In this document: positions 47,852-63,614 of the stretch, one piece after another
Numbering within the stretch: position 1 is the first letter of the stretch
Layout: each line of letters opens with the position of its first letter
DNA from: the human T2T-CHM13v2.0 reference genome, Homo sapiens
Direction: 5' to 3' (one strand)
DNA length: 64,000 bases
Assembly (NCBI RefSeq): GCF_009914755.1
Contig: NC_060926.1
Made by a program: the position numbers and the translations under genes
Notes under the pieces: generated by a model
Databases searched by the model: none
Told to the model about the DNA's origin: nothing
Seen by the model: only the letters and a program-made list of their open reading frames with translations

Positions 47852-50800
47852 ATCAAGCAAAACAAGAACTAAATGGGCAGAACTCAGAAATCTGAAGCAA
47901 ACTTTTTAACTTTTGCTTGGAATATTGTTGATACTTATTTTGTTTTTCAGAGTCAAGGAAACTTATTTTTCACTATTTATGGCCTTTAATAATTGAGTAA
48001 GGTATTCTCCTGTGAACAAGGTTTGGAGCATGTTTGTTTCTCTCTGCCTGGTTACTCTAGAATTTGAAACTATCTGTGAGTATTCTTAACTTATGGCAAT
48101 ATAGATGTTTGCATCAGTGTGATAAGAATCCATTTTCTTTTGCAGCAAGACACAATTGGAGAAACTGGTCTTGCAGGACTAATAAAAGCCCTGTGAAGAG
48201 ACTGGCCTCATACCCTTACCTACACAGTCCCTACACAAGTTTCCTGACCTGCAGTCAGTAAAGAATGTCACTTTCTCACAGGTCCAGGAACTCCAAGTTT
48301 ATCTTGGGACCTTAAACGAAAAGGAACACCCAACTCACTGGTATTTGAGGATAGAAACCCATGGCTGGGCTGGGCTTTAAAAGGTCTTATCTGAGATTCA
48401 TTGTGGAACAGAGTTCCATCAAAGCCAATCTAAAAGGCCAATGCAGAAATAGTTATTCTTGCTGAACTTTATGCCAATAATTAGGCCAAGTATAAGACTA
48501 AAGTCCATTTTGCAAACAACTCAATCCTATCATGATTTTCTTTAACAAAAATGGGTACTGGAGAGAGAGAAATCATGTTTTACAACTTATCATACATTTG
48601 TCATTAAATTCTAAACTCACTAGTTGTTTTTAAGTTTTTGCCTACATTTTTAGACTAACCCTGCTTGCTCCTGTGAACCTACCAACAATCTCCAGCTACA
48701 GTTCAGAAAGAACAAAAGGGATGGGTAATGTAGAACTCAGGATCAATATTCTAACTCTGAGCAATTATCTTGCAAATCCTGCCAGGTGATAGCAATAAAT
48801 AGGATACCCATCACTGGGAGGTTTTCTTTTTGGGAAAGTAATACCAAGGGAGTTAACGAAGGCCAAGCAACACACACCCAAATCCTAGCAAGCATCATTA
48901 TAGCCACCAGCTATATGGATGTGTCACAAGACATCCTTTTCTCTCCCTTGTTGGAGAAGGACTCCACTCCCCAGCTTCACCTTAGCATTTGACTTGTAAT
49001 GAGGATTCCAAGCAACAGCCCTAAAGACATATTTTTGACCCAAACTCAATGCATAAATGAGGTCTAGGAAGTTCATGGGTACTGATAGCAGGGGAAATAG
49101 GGTGTCCATGGGTAGAGTGGATAATTTCCACCCCCCCATGCCCCTCACTCCATGGGTGCAAGCTGCTTTGGCATCCCTGGTGGCACCTGCCAAGGTCACC
49201 AAGACTCAGGGATGCAAAGATGGAAGAGGAAAAGAGGATGTTCTTCCTTCTCTCCCTTTTGTACCCAAGGTATCTGCTAGAAAGAGAAGGAAACCAGGGA
49301 TGGCTGCTCCCCTCTTTCTAGATGGGTAGCCATTCATCTTCAGTCTGTACCCCTTTTGAATGCATCCTGAACCCGGGGACTCTTTTGATAAATGCCTTCT
49401 TTTCTTTTCTGTTCCTCTGTCCTCTCTTCACTGATAGGTAATTTTGTCTCTATACTATGGGACACTCTCCTCAGATGCATCCTCCAAACTGGGAAAAGTT
49501 AATTTCTCAAACCTTAAACTGATTGGCTTAGAATTGGCTCAGGGGAGGGAACTCAGAAACCCAACATGCGGCAAAAGGCTGTTTTTTTTGTTGTTGTTGT
49601 TTTGTTTTTTCACCAGTCATGCTTTTGGCCTCCCTCTCCCTGTGCAAACTGGTAAAAAGCTTCAGGATATTTGAGGTGTCCTTACCCCTCCCCTTGTTTT
49701 GTTTTGATACACGTTTTCTATAACCTGGTTTGTCTCATCTTGCCTTCAGGCCATCAAACTCTAAACAGTCATGCAACTGGAGCCTCACACGTTCGTCCCT
49801 TATGCTGGGAACCCTTAAATAGGCCTCTGAGGGAGCTCTGACTGCTATTTCCCCCAAACAGCACCTCCTGCCAGCAGGAAGCAGTTAAGATCAGTCTTCA
49901 TCCTGATCCTCATCCTTATTCTAACGGCAATTAGATATACTTCTTTAGAGGGGGGAATGAGATAGCCAGGTGGGAAGAGATCTCCAGAGAAACTCCAACC
50001 AGTCTGCACATTGGGAGGAGTACACGCTGGGGTGGAGCCACAGAAGTTTGCACCATTCACAGCAGGAAAGAACCTGGTTCCTCTTCTTCCTGGGAGGAAC
50101 CTGGAATTCAATCTGCCAGGTGGGAAGTATACTAGCAGGACCCTGGCCTTGCAGGGGGTCCCTGTTTCCCTTTTTTCCCTTTTTGCCCAATAAATCCCAT
50201 TATTCTCACCCTTCAAATTGTCTGTGAGCCTAATCTCTCATGGCTATGTGAAAAGAACCCAGCTGTCAGCTGAACTAAGGAAAAAGTCTTGCAACAATAA
50301 GTCTTATTTTTCTCAGCTGTCATCTCACTCTACTCCTATCCTTGTAATGTATTTCTGTTATGGAGTAACTTTACTAAAATACAAATAAAGGGAAAGGCCT
50401 TTAGGTTGGGTTGATTTCTTAATAATCTCGAGTCATACTTACCACTGTCAACCATGCTTCCTATTGAAACCCAGTATCCTCTTTATGAGCTATTATGTTG
50501 TTGGGATGACCATTTGTTGCTCCCTCCTAAGATCATAGGATGTTTGGCTTTTTAAGTATATTTTGCTGCTTTTCATAGTTTATTCTGTTTCTTGTTATTT
50601 TTGTTATTGGTTTTTACTTCTTTCAGCCTGCCTCTAGCAATCTCTCTCCTTAGTTCCCTAATTCATTATGTTATCCTGCTATGGACAGAGGAATCAGAAT
50701 AAATGTTTAAATTGTCCATAAATTTGATAACTATTTGTTAAGCAGAGTTTTTGTGTAGAGCACAGTACTAAGCCATTCACAGGTGTCTTAGACACACAGT

Positions 50801-51999
50801 TTCTAAGATACAGGTGTGTGAGATATAGCCTCTTTCTTTGGCTTGTTCTGGACTATATTTTTCAAGATATTGATTTCAATATTTCTCTTTCTAGCTCTTG
50901 CTCTCTCTCTCTCTCACCATTTCTTTCCACAGAATCACATTTAGTTCCACTGTTGCAACTATTTCTTCCATATGTAAGAACACAAGATCTTGAACTCTTA
51001 TAACAAGCTTCAAGATGGCTGAGAAATATAAATTTTTCAGTCAACTATGGAATCCCCCTTTAAAGATCTCCCAAGATATTGTATATCTTTATAAATACTA
51101 ATTGTTCTGGTTATTAACCAATTGTGCTCATTATTGGCTGAAAAATCTCAGAATTATTTTTAAATCTACTCTCTACCACAACTTCCACATCTAATAAAGT
51201 CTTGTGGAGTAACATCCCTAATGGCTTTTACATCCATATCTCACATGTATTCCTTTCCTTTTTATTCCCAATAGTACTTTTTTTTTAACCTGGAAAACTT
51301 GAGATGGCAAGATGGGCCAAGGCATTACAGATGATGGGACTTAGAACTCTGGCCATTGCTCCACACAGCTTCACTTTGAAAGATGCCAGAACTTTAGAGG
51401 TGTTTTTAATTTTTCTGTGTTTACATCTATTTTTCAGAAAGTTGGGCTTTGTCACATTGTGGCTTCTATATCTAGAATAACAAATTCATAAATAAAATAG
51501 TGATGTAAGAAACTCCTTTTAACTGAGAGTTTCATAAGAAAATGCAAGCTCACTATTCATGTACATGTAAACAGCTGATAAAATATTGTATAAGTTAGTG
51601 AGAAGTGAGTTTCTTATATTTCCATTTTAAATTCTGCCATGAGATTTGTGTCCTCAACTGACAAAATGAAGAGTTACTATTAATATATACTGCTTTTCAC
51701 ATAATAGTGTATTGACTTTTCTTAAGCTAACCACTACCTATTTTTCCACTCTCATCTTTCTTGAATCCCCTATGTACCACCTATAATTAAGATGAACAGT
51801 ACTAGTTCACATTTCCTGTACTTTATTGTCTCTATGGTTTGCTCATGCTGTTCCCATGCCTGAAATGCACACTTTGACCAACCAAATATATTTCTGGCTT
51901 TGGCTTTTGAGATTTCTGAGGCTTCCATTATGTCCCCAGCATCAGGATTATTTACCAAAACTGAATCTATTCTGTGACTTAAAGAAATCTGATCCTCAA

Positions 52000-53095
<1,096 letters not shown>

Positions 53096-53488
53096 AAAAT
53101 AATTGGCAGCTTCTTGAGGACAGATTTCATGTATGCCTGCAAGTCTCCACTCTAACACAGTACCTTGCAGATGCCAACAAATGATTTAGAATGCTGTTCT
53201 ACAGTAATAAATACCCATTTGTTAATTAACACTTTTCTCATTGAAATGTTAATTCAATATTACACAACCACTGTAATGAGAGAAATAATGCAAAGAAATA
53301 TAACCAATTTATTAGCTCTCCCTAATTACTTTCCTCTTTCCATACAAACATAATTAAACCAATGTTAGTAGCCTTTGTATTTTCTCTTAGCCTATGCCCA
53401 CACAAAATCGTATAAGTGTATATACATATACAGAATTTTGGTTTGTTTGTTTGTTTTAACAAAAATGGATCATTTTTTTCTCACTTGC

Positions 53489-54642
<1,154 letters not shown>

Positions 54643-56359
54643 TGCTTTTCTTATTTTAAAACATATCCTCTGTTTCCTCCACATTAACAAAAAAGAGATC
54701 TGATTCCTTTTTATCATTTTAATACTATCTAATATGAATTATATCAATTTCAACACTCACATTAACCAACCATGTTGTGTTTTGTTGAGACAATGTAAAA
54801 TTTTTATTTCAGGCTTCTATCAATATATATTTTTTTAATATTGACTCGAATATCTAAAAAATTCTTAAAGTTTATTTCAAAAGTTTAGTTATTTTAGATG
54901 GATAGGTAGTCAGGTAGATAGACTAATTGAAGGCTTATAAAATTTGTATCTTCTTTTGGTCACCATCTACTTTGAAATCTCTGTTCTGTTTCAGTTTTCT
55001 TTTAATCCAGAGTATTTTTTTGGATATGGTAGATTGGCACTATAATTTATGGATCATTTTTCATCCTCATAGTTTTGCCTTTTCTGGAATGTTATATTGC
55101 ATCACCCTAGAAAGAAAACTCAAAAGATCTGGAAACCAGAGGTCTGTGTTCAAGCTATCCCTTTGCTAAAGTTCTAATTTGTACTTCCCTTTAATTTATG
55201 GATCATCAGTGTGTGTATACATCACAGCTCTCACTCTCAGGACAATTTCCAATGTATTCCATTTAATTATATCTTGATTAATTAGGTATATTTCCCCTCT
55301 ATAATCCTTCTTCTAAACAATTCCCTGCTATCTAATTAGAGATGCCTAGAAACAGGGCCACCTCTACGGTCAGCAGGACATCAGGCAAATATTTGATACA
55401 GGGTCCTTTCTATATCTGCAACATGATTTTAAAATGCCTTATAATACTCATGGGTTTATATTAGGCATAGAGACTTATCATAAAGATGGTTTTTAATAGT
55501 GGACAGAAATTAGGCACTTATCAATTTATTTATTTTCCAGTTAGTGCATACAATTATTTTTTATGGTATCCAAACACCATCTCCTTCTATTCAGGTTCAT
55601 GAATTATTTTGTGTGAGTTGTCAAATGACCATACAGGCTAATTTCATATTTTCCACCTTCAGAAAATAGAGGACATTATTGTTATTAACCACAATGTTGT
55701 GGCTTTTTAGAATCTGTTTGTATTAAAACAGTATCTTGCCTCTGCAAAATCTTAATACCATTGACTTAATGCTGGTCACATTACTACTTATGATGGTACA
55801 TCATTCATTATGCTGCAAATGAATGCTAGTATTCAGTGGCTCTCTAAAAATTATAGCTAAGCATTACTGACAATTTCCCAGAGTATTCAGGAAAATATGA
55901 ACAATTATTTTCTAGTCATGTTAAGTGTCCTATTGGAATTTTATAGCATAAACTACACATCTTCCACCTACATAGTCCTCATGATACAGTAGATTATAGT
56001 CACTGCATTCCTAGAATTTGATGTCTCTCAATGCTGACCATGCTGTTACCTTTCCCACACGGCCACAAGCAGGGAGGATAAGCAAGAGTCCACATGCAGA
56101 ACAAAAAGAGCATCCCATTTGCCCAAGGTATATACATCCTTGAGTGTCACAGCTTAGTATTAAACTAGGAGAGCATGATGTCACCCATTGATGAAGACAA
56201 GAGGTATCTACTGGAGGCCCATTGGCATTGCAAAGTAACAGTCTTGAATGGCCTTAGAGAAGATAAGTATGACCACTTCTAGAAGACTGCCTGACACATA
56301 AGACGGAGCCAGTGAAGCAGGTAGAGGGATAGTCACAAACTACAAATATAAGGATACAG

Positions 56360-56540
56360 ATCAGTTCAAAGTAAAATGATTGATAGAAAAAGATATACCA
56401 TGTAAAAAATAATTGAAAGAAAGTAGTGTAGCTCTATTAATATTAAAGTAAAACTTAAGGAGAATAACTAGAGATTAAAAAAGAGATTTCATAATGATAA
56501 AAAGTCAATACAGTTGAAAAATACAACAAAATAAATGTCT
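56360..56540 (+). mobile_element. Old L1 ORF2 endonuclease-region fragment
   Basis: aaaagatataccatgtaaa...gtagctctattaatat...atttcataatgataaaaagtcaat. Confidence 0.6.
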
Positions 56541-56766
56541 ATTTAATAAAATATCTTTAAAGAATATTTGAACCATGTGCTTGCAAATAAAATATGTGAT
56601 TATGGAGTTATCACTGAATATGCCCATAATGTTTTGAAAATAGTGAGCTAACTTTGACCTTTTAAGTACTTGAGAAACACATTTGTCACCCACCTCTCCG
56701 CTGGTCTGGTTTCCCATTCCCCGAAGTGAGAACTACCTGCTTGAAATATACTCTGAGGTTATTGAC

Positions 56767-56799
56767 TGTAATTCATGTAATTGCCACCAGATGGTAGTG
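56767..56799 (+). promoter_or_regulatory. Candidate CTCF site (core plus upstream module)
   Basis: tgtaattc-N9-ccaccagatggtag. Motif match only; no binding data. Confidence 0.5.
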
Positions 56800-57644
56800 G
56801 TTATCTGCTTAAAGTGTACACTGAACAATTAAAATTTCACAAATGTCAATATCAAGCAAAGGTATGGAGAAAACAACCACTTGCCCTTTAACACCGTAAC
56901 CTAGTTAGTTGTACAGAATGTTTTATTTTACAAATACTTTAAGGACTTAATATGTCAATCTATTAGGAATCAAGAGGTGATACAACTCTTGCCTTCAAGG
57001 AGATTATGAACTAGTGGAACATACTGATGAGTCTACAGGGAATGACAATATTGTGTGATAAGAGCCTTGAGAAAAGAGAAGGATTCTATATAGCATACAA
57101 ATCTGATCTGACTGAGGTCAAGGCTTTCTGCAAGGCATGGTTCTCTATAATATATGACCACTACCATCTGGTAGAAGCTATTGATTGCAGGCAAAGTATC
57201 AAAGAAAATTAATGAATAGTAAGAGTTAGCTGGCAAAATATATGAAAAGAAGAGTACTCCAAAAAGAGAAAAAACAAGTGCAAAGCCCCAGAGGTTTTGT
57301 GTGAGTGTGTCTGTGTGTGTGTGTCTGTATGGTACTAAAAATGATTTATGATGGCTGAGCACACAAAAAACAAAAAAATCTCAAATAATTTAATTAAGTT
57401 ATATGGAAATATAACCTGGAACAATATTTAAAAATTGCGTAAGACCCCAGACCCTGACTATTTTGCAGGTACTTTTTACCAAACATTTAAGGAACGCATA
57501 CTTACTACTTATCACTCTTTATAAACTTGTTCCAGCAAACAGAAGATGCAAAAAAGGATGATGGAATATCCAACTAATTTCAAGAGACTAGTTAAATTCT
57601 ATTACAAAGTCAGATGTAAGAAAAAAAAATAAAGCTTATAGATT

Positions 57645-59295
57645 TAGAATTTCCAGGTTCTGTTCTGGTGCATAAGGAGCTTACAAGTCATTACTGCATC
57701 CTAACATATAAAAAGCTGAACAGACTAAAGAAATCAACAACTCATTTTAGATCCATCAGAGAAGTTTGATTACAGAACAAACTACTACCCTCCAAAATTA
57801 GCAAGATAAGTACAAAGAGAAAATCACAACTTAATGGCCATAAGCAGAATCCTCCCCTAGAACAAGTACTGGGGTAGGAAAACCTGAACTGTAATTGGTA
57901 AGTTGCTTTGGAAGCCTGAAGTAGAGAGCCTGAGAGATAAGTGCTCCAGAAGGACCCGGTCATGGGAAGGTGGGTGATATGGTTTGGGTCTGTGTCCCCG
58001 CCCAAATCTCATGTCAAATGGTAATCTCCAAAGTTGTAGGTGGGGCCTGGTGGGAAGTGATTGGATCATGGGGGCTAATTTCCCATTTGGTGCTATTCTT
58101 GTGATAGTGAGTGAGTTATCTATTATGAGATCTCATAGTTTAAAAGTGTGTCTCACCTCCCCCCATCTCTCATCTTCCTTCTGCTCTGGCCCTGTGAAGA
58201 CAAGCCTGCTTCTCCTTTGCCTTCTGCCATAATTGTGTTTCCTGAGGCCTCTGCAGCCATGCTTCCTGTATAGCCTGTGGAAAAGTGAGCCAATTAAACC
58301 TCTTTTCTTCATAAATTACCCAGTCTCAGGTAGTTCTTTATAGCTATGTGAGAACAGACTAGTACAGTGGGGGAGGTCATACTTTTATGAGTTTTAACTC
58401 TACCAGGTCTCACTGTGAAGATCAGAGCAAAACCCTCTCGGGCTTCTAGAAGGAGAAGGGGAAAACAACCACTTCGAAACACCTCAGAGCATTCAGTTCT
58501 CCTTAATAAGGCCTGGCCTCAGGAGAAACTATTTTATCAGAGCCCAAACATTGTGGCTAACTAACATGGTGAAAGAGAAATATCCAACTCCAGCCCCCCT
58601 GTAGCAATCCTGTGCTACCAAAACAAGCTAAGAGCGCTTGTGAAATGCGTGGCCAAGGGGCACAGGCTTGCCAAAAGACAGACTCAAAAAATGCTTCCCC
58701 TCCCTGCACACCTTACCAGTACATCACTAAAGGTCTGTTCACCAGGGTTACTTTTACCCAATACATCCTGTCTACCTTTTGACAAAAAATTACAAGGCAT
58801 ACTCAAAGGCAAAAACCACAGTTTGAAGCAAGGCAGAGCAACCGTCAGAATCAGACCTAGCTATGGCAGAGAGGTTGGAATTATCAGACCATAGTTATAA
58901 AACAACTGTGACTAATATGCTAAAGGATCTCATGGAATAAGTAGACAACCTGCAAGAACAGTTGAGTAATATAAACAGGAATGAAAACTCTAAGAAAGAA
59001 TAAAAAGAAATGCAAGAGGTCAAAAACATTGTAACAGAAAGAAGAATGCTTTTGATGGGTTCATTAGTAGACCGGCCATGACTGAGAAAAGAATCTCTGG
59101 GTTTGAGGATATATCAACAGAACTCCGAAAACTGAAAAAAAAAAAAAAAAAAAAGAGAGAGAGAGAGAGAAAAGAATGAAAAAATCGGAACAGAAATATC
59201 CAAACTGTGGGGCAACAAAAGGCGTAACATGCACAAAGTGGGAATACCAAAAAAAGAAGAAAAAGAGAAAGAAACAGAAGAAATGTCTGAAGCAA
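57645..59295 (+). mobile_element. Old L1M (MD-like) 5' UTR/ORF1, interrupted by an MST LTR
   Basis: aaaagctgaacagactaaagaaatcaacaactc; gactaatatgctaaaggatctcatggaataagtagacaac; gaagaatgcttttgatgggttcattagtagac. Confidence 0.7.
57975..58366 (+). mobile_element. MST (MaLR) solo LTR
   Basis: tgatatggtttgggtctgtgtcccc...gactagtaca; exact 5-bp TSD gtggg at 57970-57974 and 58367-58371. Confidence 0.92.
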
Positions 59296-59298
59296 CTG

Positions 59299-60468
59299 CA
59301 AACATGCATTGCTTAATGATGTGAATACATTCTTGGAAGTGCATACAATTTTATCATCATGCAAATACCATAAAAGTATTCTTATATAAACCTAGATGTT
59401 ATAGTCTACCACATACCTAGGCTGTGTGATATAGCCTATTATACCTAGGCTACAAATCTGTAAAGCAGGTTACTATAATGATTAGGCCATTTAACACAAC
59501 AGCATTTGTGTAACTAAACATAGAAAAAGTACAGTGAAAATATTGCATAAAAGATAAAAAGTGGTATATCTATATAAGGTACTTATTATGAATGGAGCTG
59601 AAAGAACTGGAAGTTGCTCTGGATGAGTCAGTGAGTCATGGTGAGTGAATGTGAAGAAACAGGATATTAGTATACACTACTATAGACTTTATAAACACTA
59701 CATTTATATTAGGCTACACTAAATTTATTTTAAAAATTATTTCTTTAGTAAGTTAAACTTAGTTTACTGTAACTTTTTTGGTCTGTAAATTTTTTATCTT
59801 TTTAAAAAACATTTCAACCCTTATAGGAATGCTTAGGTTAAAACACAAACCCATTGTTTAGCTGTACAAAACAATATTTTCTAATTTAAAAATTTTTAAT
59901 CTTTAAATTTTTTACTTTTTAAAACTTTTCTTCTTAAAGTTGAAGGCAAAAACATACATATTAGCCTACACAGGAGTAGAATTATCAATGTCACTGTCTT
60001 TCACCCCCATACCTTGTCCCATTGGAAGGTCCTCAGGGGAAATAACAGGCATGGAGCTCTCATCTCTTATGATAACAATGCCTTCTTCTAGAATACTTCC
60101 TGAAGAACCTGCATGAGGCTATTCTACCATTAACCATTGTTATATAAATAGAAGGAGTGCACACTAAAATAACAATAAAAAGTATAGTATAGTAAGTGCA
60201 TAAACCAGTAACAAAGTTTATTATTATTATCAGTGTTATCTACTGTACATAATTGTATTGCTATACTCTTAAATGACTGTCAGCTCAGTAGGTTTGTTTA
60301 CCTCAGTATCAACACAAACAATTGAGTAATGCATTGTACTACAACTTTACTAAGGCTATAGTTTTGGTAGGTAATAGGATTTTTTTCAGCTCCATTATAA
60401 TTTTATGGGACAATCATCATATATGCAGTTCATCATTGACCAAAATGTCATTATGCAGCACATAACTG
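59299..60468 (-). mobile_element. Tigger3b-like (Golem/MER7) DNA transposon
   Basis: Minus strand starts cagttatgtgctgcataatgacattttggtcaatg; internal cctaggctacaaatctgta and ggaagttgctctggatgagtcagtgagt; ~1.17 kb. Confidence 0.85.
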
Positions 60469-62689
60469 TATATTTTTCTCTCTCAGTTCCTTACTCCACA
60501 ACTAAATTTTAGTCTTTATTCACTACTGTTCTATTCAATGGTCTATTTTTATCTGATAAATTCTTTAACTATTTTGACATATTTTAGCAGTGTTTCAAAG
60601 GCAGTCATCTTTATATCTTACTTATTAAAAAATATTTCATGTGCTTTGAAAAAGATCCTTTTCTAATATGTAAGTTGATGTATGTAAGGAATAAATAATA
60701 GGTGGTCATTGGTTATTCATTTCATTAACTGCCTTTACTAAAAAGAACACAATTATTTAACTTGACTTCTATTAAATATTTTCCAGAATGTGTGGTCTTT
60801 GTACTTCCTGTATCTGTAAAAATATAAGATGTAACATAGCATAACAAATACCATTACCAAAGGTTTAAGAAAAAAAAGAGGGTTAGTTAATTTGAATGAC
60901 AACAACAAAAAGAGTTTTCAGAGCACCATGACCTTAACAGGAAGCAAATAAGGAGCTTCTGATAATAGTACTCAGTGACACATTTTCCAGTCCTGTTTTT
61001 TTCAAAAGTGTTTATTTGGTAATAAAAAAATTTTTTAACCACAAAAGTTAGCTAAAATAAAGGGCTCAGAAAATGAACAGTTCAGATCTTAGGATTAATT
61101 GATTAAATGACAACCTGTTACATTTCTTGAAAAACAGAACCTCATTGATTCATCTTATTGGATTAGAACTGACATTAGAACTAACCTGAGCCAGATTACC
61201 TGACAATCTTATTGTCCCTTTGTCCACATCACCTTTGCAAAGAACCTTCCTCACACTCAGTCCTGGAGAGGCAACTCTGATTACCAACTCCCAGTTCCCA
61301 CACCAAAGGCGATTGATGGGGTATGTTTTTGGAATTTCTAGTATATTTTATACTCTTTTTTTGCCTGGCATTCATACTCATCTACACACACTTATAGTAT
61401 TTCAAATATGTGTCTAAAACAGATTACAACTCTAACTCTACAGACAGCTTCAAATGTATTCATATCAAAGATACAACGCAAAGATTTGAGAAATGAAGGA
61501 GCAACATTTCTCAGAGTATACAATCTTCCGGTTATATCCATTCCTTTTCCAATTTTTTTTTGGACTGGATATACTAAAAGGCCTTACTATCAAACTCTTA
61601 ATTAAAATTCAATCATTCCAGTACAGATGATTGTAATAAACATGATTATTTACAGAAAGAGAATAAAGACAGAAACTCTGGGAAAGAAACCCACATCAGT
61701 AATGAGACCAGAATATATCTTATATACTAGAACACAGAATTTAAAGGCATATAAAAAGACCAACAAATTTTCAGGTGCATCCATTTATTCATATCCATTT
61801 ATTCAGTCACTGTCCTGAAAGTGAATTCCTGGGTCTGCAAATGTGGCTGCTCCAGATTCTGCCTAGTGGGAGTGTTTTTATCTCCAATTTTCTTTGTGGG
61901 TACATCCTGGGAAGGGCAGGATACTTTGAGCTACTGATAATCTTTATTTTTTTCTGTACACCAAGCATAGAAAAAGTTTGATTTGAGGGGGAAAATATAT
62001 CTCTGACGATAAAACATGACATTTTTCTGCATAACTGTAGTAGGTACCTGATTTTATTGATGAGATTCTTTTGGTTGTAACAGAGACACAGAGATGCTGT
62101 CTTGGGTAGCTTATCTTGGGATCCTCCCACCATTCGGAGCCATTAGAGCTAAATTTCTAAACTTCTTTTACTTGGCAGCAACCAGACTGTTTGATTTTTC
62201 CACTTTTAATGGATGTTGCCTCAGTGCACTGACTGAATAATATGTTCCTGGGGTACCCTTATTTCCTAACATTTAAAAATGTTGTTTAAGTCTCATGACA
62301 CATTACAAATTCCAAGCCCAGGCTCACAATGATCAGATTCTTTTTTTGCTTGTTTGTTTGTTTGTTTGTTTGTTTTGGATAGTTTACGGTGCACTATCAC
62401 TTAGGTCAATTGAAAAGCTTTTCCTATGTTTTATTTAATTTCATTTTTTTTCTCTTTATGCACACCAAATCCCAACTCTAATATGCTTATTAGGGGATCT
62501 TGTAGATCTATGTATCCCTAGCAGAATATAAGCACCATGAGAATGGCAATTATATCCTGGCAAATAGTACACATCTAACGTAGGTTTGGTTGTTGGAGAG
62601 AGAAAGTGTAGGGGAACAGGGAAGAGACAGAAAGAAGTAACTGCCACAACATTGTATGTATGGCTACATCAATTGACACTCTCATCAAC

Positions 62690-63275
62690 AGTTCTTGGCA
62701 GCAACACTTGATTACAAATAACTTCTAATTTTTTGCCAATATGAAAGTAGTATTCTTGTTTTCTCTGATTACTAATGAGCCTGAGCATATCTTCAAATAT
62801 ATGTCAACCAGCCTGGCTTCACCTGCAAATTAACATTTCTACCCCTTGCCCATTGTTTTCTGAGTTTCCTATAATTTTCTCGCTAATTTGAGAATTTGTT
62901 TGCATATGCAAAATGATATTCTGCTGATTTGGAGTATTGCACACATTTTCTCTCAATCTCTGTGTGTTTGTACTGAAAAAAGCACTACTTTTAATGTAGG
63001 TAAACCCATAACTTTTCACATTATATTTTCTGTTTTCAGGTTTGTTTGAGACATCTTAATCCTCCACATCATTAGAAGGTAATTCCAACTATGATTCTAA
63101 TAGCTTTATAGTTTACCTTTTAAATTGAAGTCTTTAGTCCACTTGGAGTTTTAAAAAAATGGCATAAATTAAGCATCCCAAGCCACTTTTCTCCATGTAG
63201 TAAGGAAAATGTTTCCATCATTATCCGTAAGAAAATCTAGCCTTGCTTCACTTATTTGTGATGTCATATCTCTTA
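62690..63275 (-). mobile_element. Old L1M ORF2 3' fragment
   Basis: ttctctgattactaatgagcctgagcatatcttc; gtctttagtccacttggagtt. Confidence 0.55.
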
Positions 63276-63278
63276 TAT

Positions 63279-63580
63279 TGTTACCAGTAGAGGGTCTTGA
63301 CTGCAAATTGTCCAGGTTCTTGGAGTTTTGAACAAAGAATTGGGCAAAATACACAGCAAAGCAAGGAAAGAATGGAGCAACGAAAGCAGAGATTTATTGA
63401 CAGTGAAAGTATACTGCACAGGGTGGGAGTGGGCCGAGCAGCCACTCAAGGGCCCCCGATACAGAATCTTCTTGGGTCCAAATACCCTCTTGAGGTTTCC
63501 CATTGGCCACTTGTTGTTCACCCCATGTAAACGAAGTGGTGTTCTGCAATCAGTCTGATTGGTTGTGGAAAGCAACCCAA
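63279..63580 (-). mobile_element. Truncated MER51-like ERV1 LTR
   Basis: tgttaccagtagagggtcttgact...gtccaggttcttggagttttgaacaaagaattgg...gattggttgtggaaagcaacc; the other end is missing. Confidence 0.75.
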
Positions 63581-63614
63581 ACCACTTTTCTCCGTGTAGT
63601 ATTTGAGTCATAAA

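Larger units (their letters stand above)
44836..50296 (+). mobile_element. MER61-type ERV1 provirus (two LTRs, non-coding internal region)
   Basis: Direct-repeat LTRs 44836-45178 and 49958-50296; 4-bp TSD ataa (44832-44835, 50297-50300); PBS 45183-45200; PPT agaggggggaa 49947-49957; AATAAA in both LTRs. Confidence 0.92.
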
